A stretch of DNA of 64,000 nucleotides from Rebecca billardiae RCC1528 (lineage: Eukaryota; Protista; Haptophyta), in NCBI GenBank assembly GCA_965240325.2, contig OZ251225.1:1116001-1180000 (forward strand), in the 5' to 3' direction. Within the stretch, counting starts at the first letter, position 1, and every line of letters begins with the position of its first letter. This document shows positions 1 to 10,527 of the stretch, piece after piece. Both the position numbers and the translations under genes were made by a program. The notes under the pieces were generated by a model that was given only the letters and a program-made list of their open reading frames with translations, had not been told where the DNA came from and did not search any database.

Positions 1-480
1 GAGGGCCACCTGCCCCCGGAGAAGTCTGCGGCGCTGCGCGAGCTCACGTCGAAACTTCTGAATCAGGTGCGCACTCGCGCACGCGCTACCCCGACGCCAC
101 GCTAGCGCCCGGCTGTGCGCTTGCCCCACCCGCGCCCGAGCGCATATGATCACGCCCGTCGTCTCCACACCCGTGCTCACTGCCTTGTGCCACATCATCC
201 TCCCTGCGCTGCCACCGACCGCGCGCCGCAGTCGGAAGTGGTGACGGCGGACGAGTTCAAGGCTCGCGTGCAGAGACTGGTGGGCAGCGACTTGGAGACG
301 ATGCAGGCGGCGATGCGCTCATTCAAGCGCGACCACGCGAACACGTCGCGTAAACTGCCGATCAACGCTCGCCCAGCCCGGCCCAGTGGCATCACCAAGC
401 CGGCGCACCGGCTGCATGGCGCGATGCAGAGCGAACAGGGGCAACAACCGCAAGCGGCAAGCAGCATGCCGACGGGCTGA
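1..480 (+). CDS. 3' part of a gene with an RST (RCD1-SRO-TAF4)-like domain; exons <1-66 and 232-480
   Basis: GT at 67 and AG at 230-231 join in frame to give EGHLPPEKSAALRELTSKLLNQ/SEVVTADEFKARVQRLVGSDLETMQAAM, resembling the RST pattern HLPxxKxxxLxxxxxxL...EFxxxVxxLVGxD. The 5' end lies outside the window. Confidence 0.6.
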
Positions 481-2168
481 CCTCTACCGGCAGTGTGTAC
501 GGCAGGCCGGCTTGGCCCTGGTGCATGTCACCGGCACTTTGACGGCTGCTCATGGCGCGGTCAAGCCACCGACGTAATTTATTTGGAGTTGGAGCCTGCG
601 GAGCGGAGCGTGGCCTGCGGCGGGCCTCGGTTTGAGATGGCTGACGCGCCGACTGCACTCAGCGGCTCCGCCCGGCGTGAACTCGGGCGGCCGGGCCGCC
701 GCGCACGCAGCTGGCGGCCTGGCGCCGCTCAGGCGCCAGCTGAGTCAGTGAGGCGCCAGCGTCAGTGATGATGCGCAGGCTCCCGACAAGTACGGATCGC
801 CTCGGAGCCTGCGAATATGATGATATCCATTTACTGCTGTCGATCTGGTCGTAGTAGGTGGAGGCAGATTGCGGGCAGCTAGTACTTTCACAATAACCGC
901 GCTCGTTCAAAGGAACTGCTCATCATCAGGGACCGGTGCCTTCCAGGAGGAATCTCATCCCACATACTAGCGACTATTAACTGTATGTGTGAATCACAAG
1001 AGGAATCGTGGGGTCGCGGTAAAACCTGCTGTGCCGTTCTACCCGAAATCGCGGGTGAGAACGTCAAGGAATCAAAGGATTTCAGTGGTTCCCCCCGTGT
1101 GTTGACGTTCACTTTGCGCAAGACGCACGGTAATACCTGTAACTAGAACTGGTAGAATCAAGCTCATCAGAAGTTCCACGACCGAGGAGGAAAGCGTGGA
1201 GGTACACCCTTCGTGGAGGGCAGCCGGGGGGAAAGCGAAAATGGCGTGGGCCGTGGTGGGGCCGTCAGCGGCGCAAGTTCGTTCGGAGTAGTGGCGCCGT
1301 ACGGCAAACATGCTTGCAAGCAATCTGCCTTGACAGCGCCGCGACTGCGTCAGTTGGTGACCCACACAGGTTGACGGCTTTCGGACACAGAAGACTTGCA
1401 CGCGTTCCTGGCTGTTCACGCTCCGCCGCATCCGAATCTTCTGTCCTTCTCGAGGTTCAGATGCTTCCATTACGTGCGCTCGCATGCAGCTTGCCGCAGC
1501 TTCATGCTAGTATGAACGTGATCGCCACAGCATGGATGGCCGGTTGGTCAGGCCTCCTCGGCGGAGACTGCTGGGCGCGATTCGTGCCACGCGCACCACC
1601 CATGACGCGCGAAAAGCCGTGCGCACGCGTCCTCGCGCATCTGGTACTGGCTGCAGCCTCACTCAAGATCACATTACTACAGTACAGTATTAGCGAGACG
1701 GCAAGCTGGCCTGACACTCGCTGATGCGTACTTTTGACAGGGGCGGCAGAAGGCGCTCGCCAAGACCCAAGCTTGTCAACTTTAAGTTTAATTTTAAAAC
1801 GGACGGAGTACTGATGGCCGATACTACTGATAAACGAGTAACGGCCAACGGGGCCCCTCAGACGCGGAACGGACACAGACTCTCACTCTGGCAACGTCAC
1901 GGAGTGACGCGCCACTGACGGACCGCGTCAGCGTCTTAGCACAAGATCACTCATATATCTGCTGCCAGCACGGACGCAGCCTGCCGCCACTCGCTCCTGC
2001 CCCTGGACTGGAGCCGGAGGACTGCGCGGCATGATTAATGCCGATAAGCATGATTAATGCATCGCCCTGCGGGTGAGGCCCTGCTGCCTGCGCGGCTCGG
2101 CTGCGGCAGCCACTCAGCTTGAGCTGTCAGACGGTAGAGTGAGTACGGTCTTAGTCCGTTAGTTACCG

Positions 2169-2220
2169 AATCTCGCCTGCGGCCTGAGCTGTGTGCGTCT
2201 CTTATTCTTAGTCAACTGTA
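2169..2220 (-). mobile_element. Solo terminal inverted repeat of the Tc1/mariner-like MITE family
   Basis: Reverse-complement match to the TIR CAGTTTACTAAGAATAAGAGACGCACACAGCTCAGGCAGGCGA with a 3-nt insertion and one substitution, followed by TA. Confidence 0.75.
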
Positions 2221-2567
2221 GGTCTCTCTTCGGAGAGCGTGCGCTGAAGGATGGCGCGGCAACCTGCCACCGTGAGCCTTACGCACGTTACAACAAATAA
2301 ACCGTGTGCCCGCACTGATTTAAGACGTGAGTCTGGCGGCGGATTTATTCTGTCACCCGCTATGGCTTGAAAATGAAACCGGGCAGAGTGAGCAGCGTGT
2401 CGCGTGATGACGAGCAAAGCGCACTCACTGCGCAGGCTCACGGCCTCAAGCCTGCCCCTGAGGCTGTGCACACGGCACACCGGTCACCGCTCGGCCTCCC
2501 GAGACCCGACCGGCAGCGGTCTTCCGCGGCGGCGGCGGTGACGCGCCGACGCGGCCAGGCTGCTCAC

Positions 2568-5500
2568 TCACTCGCCCGTCATGGCGGTCGTCGCGCAGCG
2601 CCATCGGTGCACTGCCGCCGCCTGCGCCAGGTTGAGCCGCAGCATGAGCATGCCCTGCAGCCGGAGCCCGAAGCCGAGCCGGTGCGCGTCGTCGAGCTCG
2701 GCCTGCTGGATCGAGATGGTGCGCTTGGCGACGGCCAGCTTGCGCTCGGCGGCGCCGGCGTCGGGCGCGGGGTGCGCGACGTTTGGCTCGGCGAGCGCGC
2801 GGCGCGGCGGCGGGTCCCGCCGTGCCGCCGCGCCGCCGCGCGCGCCGCTCGCGGCGACGAGCATGCTCCACACGCGGAGCGCGCGCGCGAGCTCGTGCGC
2901 GCGCCGGCTCTCCAGCGCGCCGTGCAGTCGCAGGATGGCGGCGAGCTGGTGCGCGGACGCGAGCTCGGCGTGCGTGGTGCGCAGGGCGGCGCGCAGCCGC
3001 GCGAGCTGCGCGCCCTCGCGCGCACCGCCGGCCTGCGCACCGCCGGCCGCCGGCGGCGGCACGTCCGCCGCCGCCGCGGCGTGCGCCGCGAGCTCACCCT
3101 CGAGGGCCGACTGGCTCGCGCGCATCCGCGCCGACTCGCGCGCGGCCGCGTGCTCCAGCGCCTCGGCCAGGTCCGCGCGCGCGCGCAGCGTGGCGACGGC
3201 GAGGACCCACGCGCGCAGCGCGTGCGCCACGCCGACGCGCGCGTGCAGCCGCAGCTGCGTCTCCAGCCGCCGCGCGGCCGCCAGCCTCGAGAGCTCGCGC
3301 AGCTCAGCGTGCTGGTCGGACAGCGTGGCCGTGAGGCCGTCGGCGCGCGCCGCGGCCGCGTCCGCGGCCGCCTCGGCGGCGGCGAGCGCGTCCGCGTGCG
3401 CGCGCGCCGCGTCGGCGTCCTCTGCGTCGTCGGCGCGCGCGGCGGCGTCGGCGGCGCGCGCGGCGTCGGCACGCGCCGCCGCCGCCTCGGCCTCGGCCGC
3501 GGCGCGCGCGGCCGCGGCGCTCTCCGCCTCCGCCTCCGCCTCCGCCGCCGCCTGCGCGAGCGCGAGCGTGCGCGCGCCCAGCGCCCAGCGCGCGAGCGCG
3601 AGGCCCAGCGGCAGGTTGGAGGCGGTGGCGAGCGCGGCGCGGAGCGAGACGCGGGCGCCGAGCGCGCGCAGCCGCTCGACCTCCTGCTGCTGCCTGCCTA
3701 GCGTGGCGCGCGCGACGCTGAGCCGAGCGCTCGCATCCGCAATGCCGCTCGGCGGGCCGCCATCCGCCAGCGCGCCCTCGGCGCGAGCCGCGCGCGCCTC
3801 CGCCTCGGCCGCGCGCGCCTCGGCGGCGCTGAGCGCGGCGGCGGCGGCGGCCGCGGCCTTGCCCTCCTCGCCTCCCGCCCGCGGCGTCGAGCCCGCCGCC
3901 GCCCGCGTCGCGCCCACCGCCGCGCGCGCCGGCGCGGCGTCGGCGCCGCCCGCGCGTGCGAGCGCGCGCCAGCTGTGCAGCGCTGCGAGCAGCGCGCGCG
4001 TGCGCGCCAGCCCGACCGCCGCCTGCAGCCGCAGGGCGGCGGCGAGCTGGCGCGAGCCGTCGAGCTCGGCCAGGGCGCCGCCCAGCTGCGAGCGGAGGCG
4101 CGTGGCGCGGCGCTCGGCGCTCTCAGCGCGCGCGCGCTGCGCGTCCAGCGCGGGCTGCGAGCCCGCCGGCTGCGCAAGCGAGGCGCCGCTGCTGCCGGGT
4201 GGCGCGCGCGCGGCCGAGCGCGCCTCGGCCGCCTCGGCCTCGGCCTCGGCCAGCTGCGCCTCCAGGGCGCGAATGCGCTCCTGCGCCGCCGCGGCGGCGG
4301 CGGCCGATTCGGCCGCGCCGTCGTCGCCGCTCGCGGCCGCCTCGGCCGCGTCCGCGCGCGCCTCCGCTTGGTGCGCGCGCGCGTCCGCGGCCGCGGCGGC
4401 GGCGCGTGCGTCGGCGGCGGCCACGTCAGCGTCCGCGGCGGCACTCGCGCGCGCGTCCGCCGCGGCGGTCGCCTCGGCTGACTCAGCCGCGCGCGCCTCT
4501 GCGGCCTCGGCCGCCTCGCGCGCCGCCGCCGCCTCCTTGAGCGCGGCATCGCGCGAGGCCGCCGCCTCCGCCTCCGCCTCCGCCGCGCGCGCGCGCGCCG
4601 CCTCGGCAGCCGCCGTCGCCTCGCGCGCCGCGTCCACGTCCGCGCGCGCCGCGTCGAGCGCCTCGCGCGTCTGCGCGAGCTCGTCCTCGAGCTTGGCGCG
4701 AGAGACGTCCGCGTCCGCCAGCGCGGCGCGCGCCGCGTGCAGCTCCTCGCTGAGCGCCCGCGCCTCGCCCTCGCCGCCCGTCGCGTTCGCGGCCGCCTCC
4801 GTCAGTTGGTCGCTCAGCTCGGCCGCGCGCGCGTCGGCCGCGGTGCGCGCGTCGGCCGCGCTCGCCGCGTCGGCCTCCGCCGCGGCGAGCCGCGCCTCGG
4901 CGGCGGCCGCGGCGTCGCGCGCCGCCGCCGCCTCGGCGCGCGCCGCCGCCGCCTCGGCGCGCGCCGCCTCGGCCTCCTGCTGCGCCTGCGCGCGCGCGCC
5001 CTCGGCCGCGTCGCGCGCGGCGTCCGCCTCCGCCGCGCGCGCCTCGCCCTGCGCGAGCTGCTCGGCGTGCTGGTCGCCCTCGCCGGCCTGCGCGGCGGCG
5101 GCGGACGCGGCGGCGGCGCGCGCGGCGGCGGCCTCCTCGCGCGCGCTCGCCGCCTCGGCGCGCGCCGCCTCGGCGTCGGCGCGCGCCTCGGCCGCCTCCG
5201 CCTGCGCGGCGGCGGCGGCGGCGTCGGCGGCGGCGCCGAGCTCGGCGCGCGCGCTCTCGGCGCGGCGCGCCTCGGCGATCTGCGCGTCGGCGTCGGCGCG
5301 CGCGTCGTCGCGCTGCCGCCGCAGCCCCTCGACCTCCGCCGCCGCGCGGCGCGTCTCCTCCGCCGCCGCCGCCGCCGCCTCGGCCGCCTCCGCGCGCACG
5401 CGGCGCAGCGCCTCTGCCGCGACGGCTGCGTCGTCATCTGCGCCGCGCCGCGCCTCGGCGAGGGCGCGCTCGGCGGCGCGCGCGCGCTCGAGCGCCTGCG

Positions 5501-6923
5501 CGAGCTCGGCGGCGTGCTCCTCGGACGGCTCGCCAGCCGCGGCCCCCTTCGCCCCAGATCCAATCTCGCGCCGCGGAGATCGAATCTCGAGGGCGCCCTC
5601 GAGCTCGGAGAGGCGCGCCTCGAGCGCGCGCCGCGCCTCGCGGTCGCGCGCGGCGTCGCGCGCGGCGGCGGCGGCGCGCGCCTCGACGTCGGCGAGCGCG
5701 GCGGCGTGCCCGGCGAGCGAGATGCTCTCCTTCGCCCCGCCCTCCGCCCGCGCCCCGCCGCCACCGCGCGCCTGCTCCGCGCCGCGCGGCGAGCCGGCCG
5801 CCGCGGCGGCGAGCTGCGCTCGCGCGGCGGCGAGCTGCTGCTGCAGCCCGGACTTCTCCGTGACGGAGTCTTCGACGATGGCCTCGAAGGTGGCGACGGC
5901 GGCCTCCATGCGCGACTTGAACTCGAGCGCGTCCGCCTCCAGCCCCGCGCGCTCCGCCGACAGCTCGCCCACCCGCGCCTCGAGCGCGCGCACGCGCCGC
6001 TCGGCGCCGCGGCGCTCCTCGTTCGCGCGCTGCAGTTCAAACCTCAGCTCCTGCCCGCCGACGGAGGTGGGCGGCGGCGGCGGCGCGGCGAGGTGCGGCT
6101 CGTCGAGGGAGGCGCGCCTCGAGCCGCCCCCGCCGCCGCCGTACCCGCCCGCCGCCGCCGCCTCGCGCCGCGCGTCCGCCAGCTGCTGCCTGTAGCCGCG
6201 CGCCTGCGACTCAAGCGCCGAGTTGCGCGCGTCCAGCCGCGCGTTGAGCGCCTCGAGCTCGATCAGCCGGCTGGGCGAGCGGTTGGAGGTCCACGCCTCG
6301 CGCCGCGGCGCGGGCGAGGCGCCGAGCGAGCGGTACCCGCCGCCCTCGCCGCGCGACGGCGTGCGCGCCGGCGGCGAGCGCGAGCGCGCGCGCGCGTCGT
6401 CGTCGCGCCGAGCGCCCGGCGGCGGCGTGCGCAGCAGCGAGCGCCGGGCGCCCGACGTGGCGGCGGCGGTGGCGGCGGGCGGAGGCGAGGCGGCGCGGCC
6501 GGCGGCGCGTCCCTGGAGGGCGGCGCGCGCCGCGGCCAGCTCCGCCCGCTTCTGGTCGAGCGCGTCGCGCAGCGTGCTCGGCGGGCGCGCGGCGGGCGAC
6601 GCGGCAGCCGACGCGTACGCGCGCACAAAGCTCGAGGTGCCGAGGCTGCCGCGCGTCTCGTCGTGGTGGCGCTGGCGGACGCGCTCGGCCCATGCGGCGC
6701 CGGGGCTCTCGTCGCGCTTTCCGTCGCGCCCGCCCGCGCGCGCCGCGGCGACCGCCGCCGCGTCCGCCGCCCACGCCGCCTTGCGCTGCGCGGGCGTCCA
6801 TGCTGACGAGTACGTGTGAGAGAGGCGCGTGCCGCCCGCGCCGGCCGCGCCGGCGGAGCCGCCGCGGCCGAGGCGGCTCGCGAGCAGCTGCTCGACAAAG
6901 TCGTCCGACACGCCCGCGCTCAT
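2568..6923 (-). CDS. Giant Ala/Glu/Arg-rich coiled-coil protein (1451 aa, intronless) with five C-terminal Trp-ending repeats
   Basis: Uninterrupted ATG-started ORF with GC3-biased codons and long heptad-like A/E/R runs; the overlapping ORFs are low-complexity shadows. Confidence 0.85.
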   Translation of the reverse strand: MSAGVSDDFVEQLLASRLGRGGSAGAAGAGGTRLSHTYSSAWTPAQRKAAWAADAAAVAAARAGGRDGKRDESPGAAWAERVRQRHHDETRGSLGTSSFVRAYASAAASPAARPPSTLRDALDQKRAELAAARAALQGRAAGRAASPPPAATAAATSGARRSLLRTPPPGARRDDDARARSRSPPARTPSRGEGGGYRSLGASPAPRREAWTSNRSPSRLIELEALNARLDARNSALESQARGYRQQLADARREAAAAGGYGGGGGGSRRASLDEPHLAAPPPPPTSVGGQELRFELQRANEERRGAERRVRALEARVGELSAERAGLEADALEFKSRMEAAVATFEAIVEDSVTEKSGLQQQLAAARAQLAAAAAGSPRGAEQARGGGGARAEGGAKESISLAGHAAALADVEARAAAAARDAARDREARRALEARLSELEGALEIRSPRREIGSGAKGAAAGEPSEEHAAELAQALERARAAERALAEARRGADDDAAVAAEALRRVRAEAAEAAAAAAEETRRAAAEVEGLRRQRDDARADADAQIAEARRAESARAELGAAADAAAAAAQAEAAEARADAEAARAEAASAREEAAAARAAAASAAAAQAGEGDQHAEQLAQGEARAAEADAARDAAEGARAQAQQEAEAARAEAAAARAEAAAARDAAAAAEARLAAAEADAASAADARTAADARAAELSDQLTEAAANATGGEGEARALSEELHAARAALADADVSRAKLEDELAQTREALDAARADVDAAREATAAAEAARARAAEAEAEAAASRDAALKEAAAAREAAEAAEARAAESAEATAAADARASAAADADVAAADARAAAAAADARAHQAEARADAAEAAASGDDGAAESAAAAAAAQERIRALEAQLAEAEAEAAEARSAARAPPGSSGASLAQPAGSQPALDAQRARAESAERRATRLRSQLGGALAELDGSRQLAAALRLQAAVGLARTRALLAALHSWRALARAGGADAAPARAAVGATRAAAGSTPRAGGEEGKAAAAAAAALSAAEARAAEAEARAARAEGALADGGPPSGIADASARLSVARATLGRQQQEVERLRALGARVSLRAALATASNLPLGLALARWALGARTLALAQAAAEAEAEAESAAAARAAAEAEAAAARADAARAADAAARADDAEDADAARAHADALAAAEAAADAAAARADGLTATLSDQHAELRELSRLAAARRLETQLRLHARVGVAHALRAWVLAVATLRARADLAEALEHAAARESARMRASQSALEGELAAHAAAAADVPPPAAGGAQAGGAREGAQLARLRAALRTTHAELASAHQLAAILRLHGALESRRAHELARALRVWSMLVAASGARGGAAARRDPPPRRALAEPNVAHPAPDAGAAERKLAVAKRTISIQQAELDDAHRLGFGLRLQGMLMLRLNLAQAAAVHRWRCATTAMTGE

Positions 6924-7189
6924 CGTCGGGGCTCGCGCGCGCTAGCCTCGAGAGCTCGGCGCAGCGCACCGCGCAGCCGCTCCTGCGCGATCACAGCGAT
7001 TGGGCCGAGATCGCATCAGCGGTTAGCGCCGTTCAAAGTCAACGATGGCTGCCGCTCGTCCGGTCCGGGCCTTTGGATCTTGGGGCTGTGTGGACGGGGC
7101 GGGGGGGCGCCGGGGGCCGCTCCGCCAGCTCGCACTACTCGCGGCCGCCGGCGATATCTCCAGTGGCGGACGTGGACGGTGCTCTCGCC

Positions 7190-7852
7190 ATGCGCAAGAG
7201 CATTCTCAAAGAAGGCGAGAAGCCCCCGAAGAAGAAGCACGCGAGCCTCGAGTGGGACGAGGGCAACCTCGGCGAGAATGCCGAGTACCTCGCGTCGACC
7301 ACACGAACAAAGATCATAGAGCCAAAGACGCCGTACCAGCCGCCACTCGGTGCGAGTGCGACGCCGGGCGAAAACGTGGCACATTGGGTGGCCGAAGGGG
7401 GGCGTCCCTCGGCGTAGCCGTTGCGCGCGACGCTCGGAGACATCGCGCGCGCCGCACTGATCGACAGGCGTGCCCGCGGTCCGTCGCGCGTGGCGTGTGG
7501 TGCGCGCCGCGCAGATATGGCCGCCGTCGGTGACGATAGCGAGACCAACCCGCAGCGTCTGCAGACACGCCGTCTGTCGTACGAAGCGAGAGACTCCGCC
7601 ACGGATGAGGCCGCGGCAAGGATTGTCGGTGGCTCGGCAGACCTGGGTGCGCTTGCGGACGAGGCCTTAGCACGTCGTGAAGGCGCGCCCGCGGCCGAGG
7701 GTGCACCCGCTGCTGCGCGAGCCGGTTCAGCCGCACACGAGAAGGAGTTCGCCGCAAGGCGCGCGGCGCACTACGACGAGTTCAAGCGGGTGCAAGAGCT
7801 CAAGGCGAAGGGTGCCATCGATGTCGAGGACGGAGACGACGCTGATGCCTGA
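7190..7852 (+). CDS. PPP1R2: Protein phosphatase 1 inhibitor-2; exons 7190-7349 and 7515-7852
   Basis: Shows the KSILK, SLEWDE, KIIEPKTPY and FAARRAAHYDEF motifs of inhibitor-2; a phase-1 GT-AG intron at 7350-7514 joins the two ORFs. Confidence 0.92.
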
Positions 7853-8498
7853 CGGGAGTGCGTTGCGACCGGGCTGACTGCGCGCCATCCGCCGCGCGGT
7901 CGCGGACCTTGTTAGGACCTTGCCCTTGGCAGACGACGCGGGAGTACCGTCGAGTACGGAGCCTGCAATATAACCTGCAGATTCTGACACGCAGTTCGCC
8001 GCAGAACTAGTGCGGCAGTCAGCTGGGCGCCGCCGCAGGCTGCGTAGCAGCCGCACCACGGAACCAGGTTCAGCACCGCCAATCGGCAGCGGCCCGCGCG
8101 GCCAGGCGGCCCGAGTGTCCGGCCGGAATAGTCTGATGAGTCGATGAGTCACATCGCCACCCGCCTAGTGACCGAATCGCGCGCCGCGGATCGACTCCCG
8201 GACGAGTCAACTGGGACCAGCCTGAAGTGTGACACGGTGAGTGATGACTCCGACGCGGTGATGGCCGCGCCGCGTCACGCACTGACCGTCGGACCGGTAG
8301 GCAGTAGTAGTGTCACCGTGACCGGGGACGCCGCGCGCGGTCAATCGGTCAATGCCCAACGCAGTGCCAGTAGTCACTATCCGAAGACCGATGAACAGTG
8401 TACTCACTAGTACTGGTTATCCCGCACGGGGCGCGCTAACTGCCGCGCTGCAGGCCGCGGCGGACTAAAGTAAATTAATAATAATTCCGAACTAGAGT

Positions 8499-8551
8499 GA
8501 GAGAGAGAGATCGAGAGAGAAAGAGAGAGAGAGAGAGCTAGAGAGAGAGAG
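8499..8551. repeat. Imperfect (GA)n microsatellite
   Basis: Interrupted gagagaga tracts seen directly in the sequence. Confidence 0.9.
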
Positions 8552-10527
8552 CCAGATATGAGATAACAGTAGGTCTCTCTCGGCGCGGTCATCAATGTAT
8601 CGGACTCCGCTGCGTGCCGACTGACTGACTCAGACTGCTGCTGGCGACGCCGACCGTATCGCGGTCGGTCGCCCGAATTCTCCGAGTCAGCGCAGAATGT
8701 TAATACGCACGACAATAACAATGTGTCATCGCGTCGGTTTAGAGTTTAATAATAGAACTCTGAGAAGACGTCTAGCGGACCGCGACTTTTCTGACGCGGA
8801 CAGTTCCGAATTGTAGTTAAATACTGAGCGGAAAGTACTTTAAGTTTAATCACTAATCAGCCGACGCGTAGCTATTAGTTTCATAAATATCAAGACCTTG
8901 TCGGACGCGGTGCTGACCGCCGACAGGCCGCGCCAGTAACGCGGCGATAGACTGTATTGTCAATTTGTCACTGTCAGCAATGCTGATCGGTCATTGCAAC
9001 ATGCGGTCATGCATGAATATTGCATACATTGAGTAGTGACGACCGATCCGCGCAGTTACAGTTACAACTCTAACTAAGATACTATAGTACTACTCTGAGT
9101 ACTCTTTAAGTTAGTGAGTCTGTCGTATCACTCGGTGTGACACGTGACGCCGACGGTCGACCGCGGACTGTTACCTAGTCCTAGATGAGAATCATTTGCA
9201 ATTGCCAATTATAGCAGTCAGTCCGACATGATGCGCATCATAAGTAACTCGTAGAGTTTATTAGACAGCAGTTCGTACCGCTTATCAGTGTAATAGATGT
9301 TCTCGGAGCACTTTAGAATCACTAGTAATTCAGGTGCGACTGGCTAGCTTCCAATTACTGTACACAGGCTGCCAGGTGGGCTGAATATGAATGAAATTGG
9401 CAGACTCTCACGCCTCACGGCACGTCGGGGCGCGGAACCCGAAAGGCACGGCGCAGCCGCCGACCAGCCGCGGTGCAATCCGGTCAGGGAGTCGGTCAGC
9501 GTCTAGCCAGCGGCCACGTCGTCCACAGAGTCGCCCAAGTTTGCGTGGTTCGTCCCCCTGGGTGGGGCAGTACGGCGCAGTGCACAGCTGCAAGCCGTTC
9601 TGTCGCGGGCCGCGGCGACCATTCAAGGTGGTCGCGTGTCGTGGCGGCCTGGGGAAAGTGCCGCAAACTCACACTGATTAACTCTCAGCAGGTGGCAGAT
9701 GCCATGCTGATGGAGCGTGCGCCTGTACGACACCCTTGCGCTGCTTGACTTGCTCTACAGGCAGGCTTACACCGCCCGCCAGCCACCACCGCAGCAGCCT
9801 AAGGGCGTCAGTTCCATCACAATTGACGATACGGCCTCAGGCTGGCGGCTCTCGATCGGCTTGTCAGGTTGTGCCCGGCGAGCAGGCGGCGCGGTGCTCA
9901 TGGCTCTGCGAGATTATAATAGTGCACTCCACCCTGCGCTGCTCGCCGCTTCCCGTGCGCCCTTGTCCTCTCCCCTCAGGCGCCTGACACGGTGAAGACG
10001 GCATGCAGCCATGCACCAGCTCCGGCGCACGCAAGGCAACTTTCGGCTTTACGTACCCACGTGTGTAATGAGACTCGTCAATAACGAATGAACAATCAAT
10101 ATGGTAGGACTACTCAAGTAACTCAAGTCATGGTTGGCACGCTTTCCCATGATCATATTCATGAGATGATTTTGAGATCATGTGCTGCACGCCCTCACAT
10201 CTCACTGATCTTCAATTCTGCATCAGCTGGGTACATCTCGCTTCATCCTCCGCGAGATACTGGCTTCGAGGCACCCATATCACAATTGTCGATGTTCCGC
10301 GCGAAAGCGCAAGTGCTTACCGCGACATACATGCGTACACCAGGGTGACAGTGCCAAGTCCCGTCCCTTTGCGGCTTCCTCCCTTGCCCCTCCTCCGCGC
10401 GGCGTGTAGAACTAGAACAGGGGCAGGAGAGGCTGCAAGGCCTGTGGCCTGGTCAGCCGCAGGGTCTCCGCAGCAGGAGGCAGAAGGTGCCGCGTGGGCC
10501 TCGCGGAGGCGAGGCGCACTCGGCGGC

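Noticed and set aside
770-1900. Lower-GC segment with short minus-strand ORFs
   Set aside because: Multiple stops in all frames and no recognisable domain; may be a decayed gene or TE but cannot be supported.
2581-6195. 1204-aa plus-strand ORF and other long overlapping ORFs (e.g. 50617-52236, 30215-31786)
   Set aside because: Antisense or off-frame shadows of GC-rich genes with Ala/Ser/Arg low complexity and no motifs; stop codons are rare at this GC content.
9391-10350. Short ORFs upstream of the kinase
   Set aside because: No coding-like codon bias or motifs; the kinase more plausibly starts at 10528.
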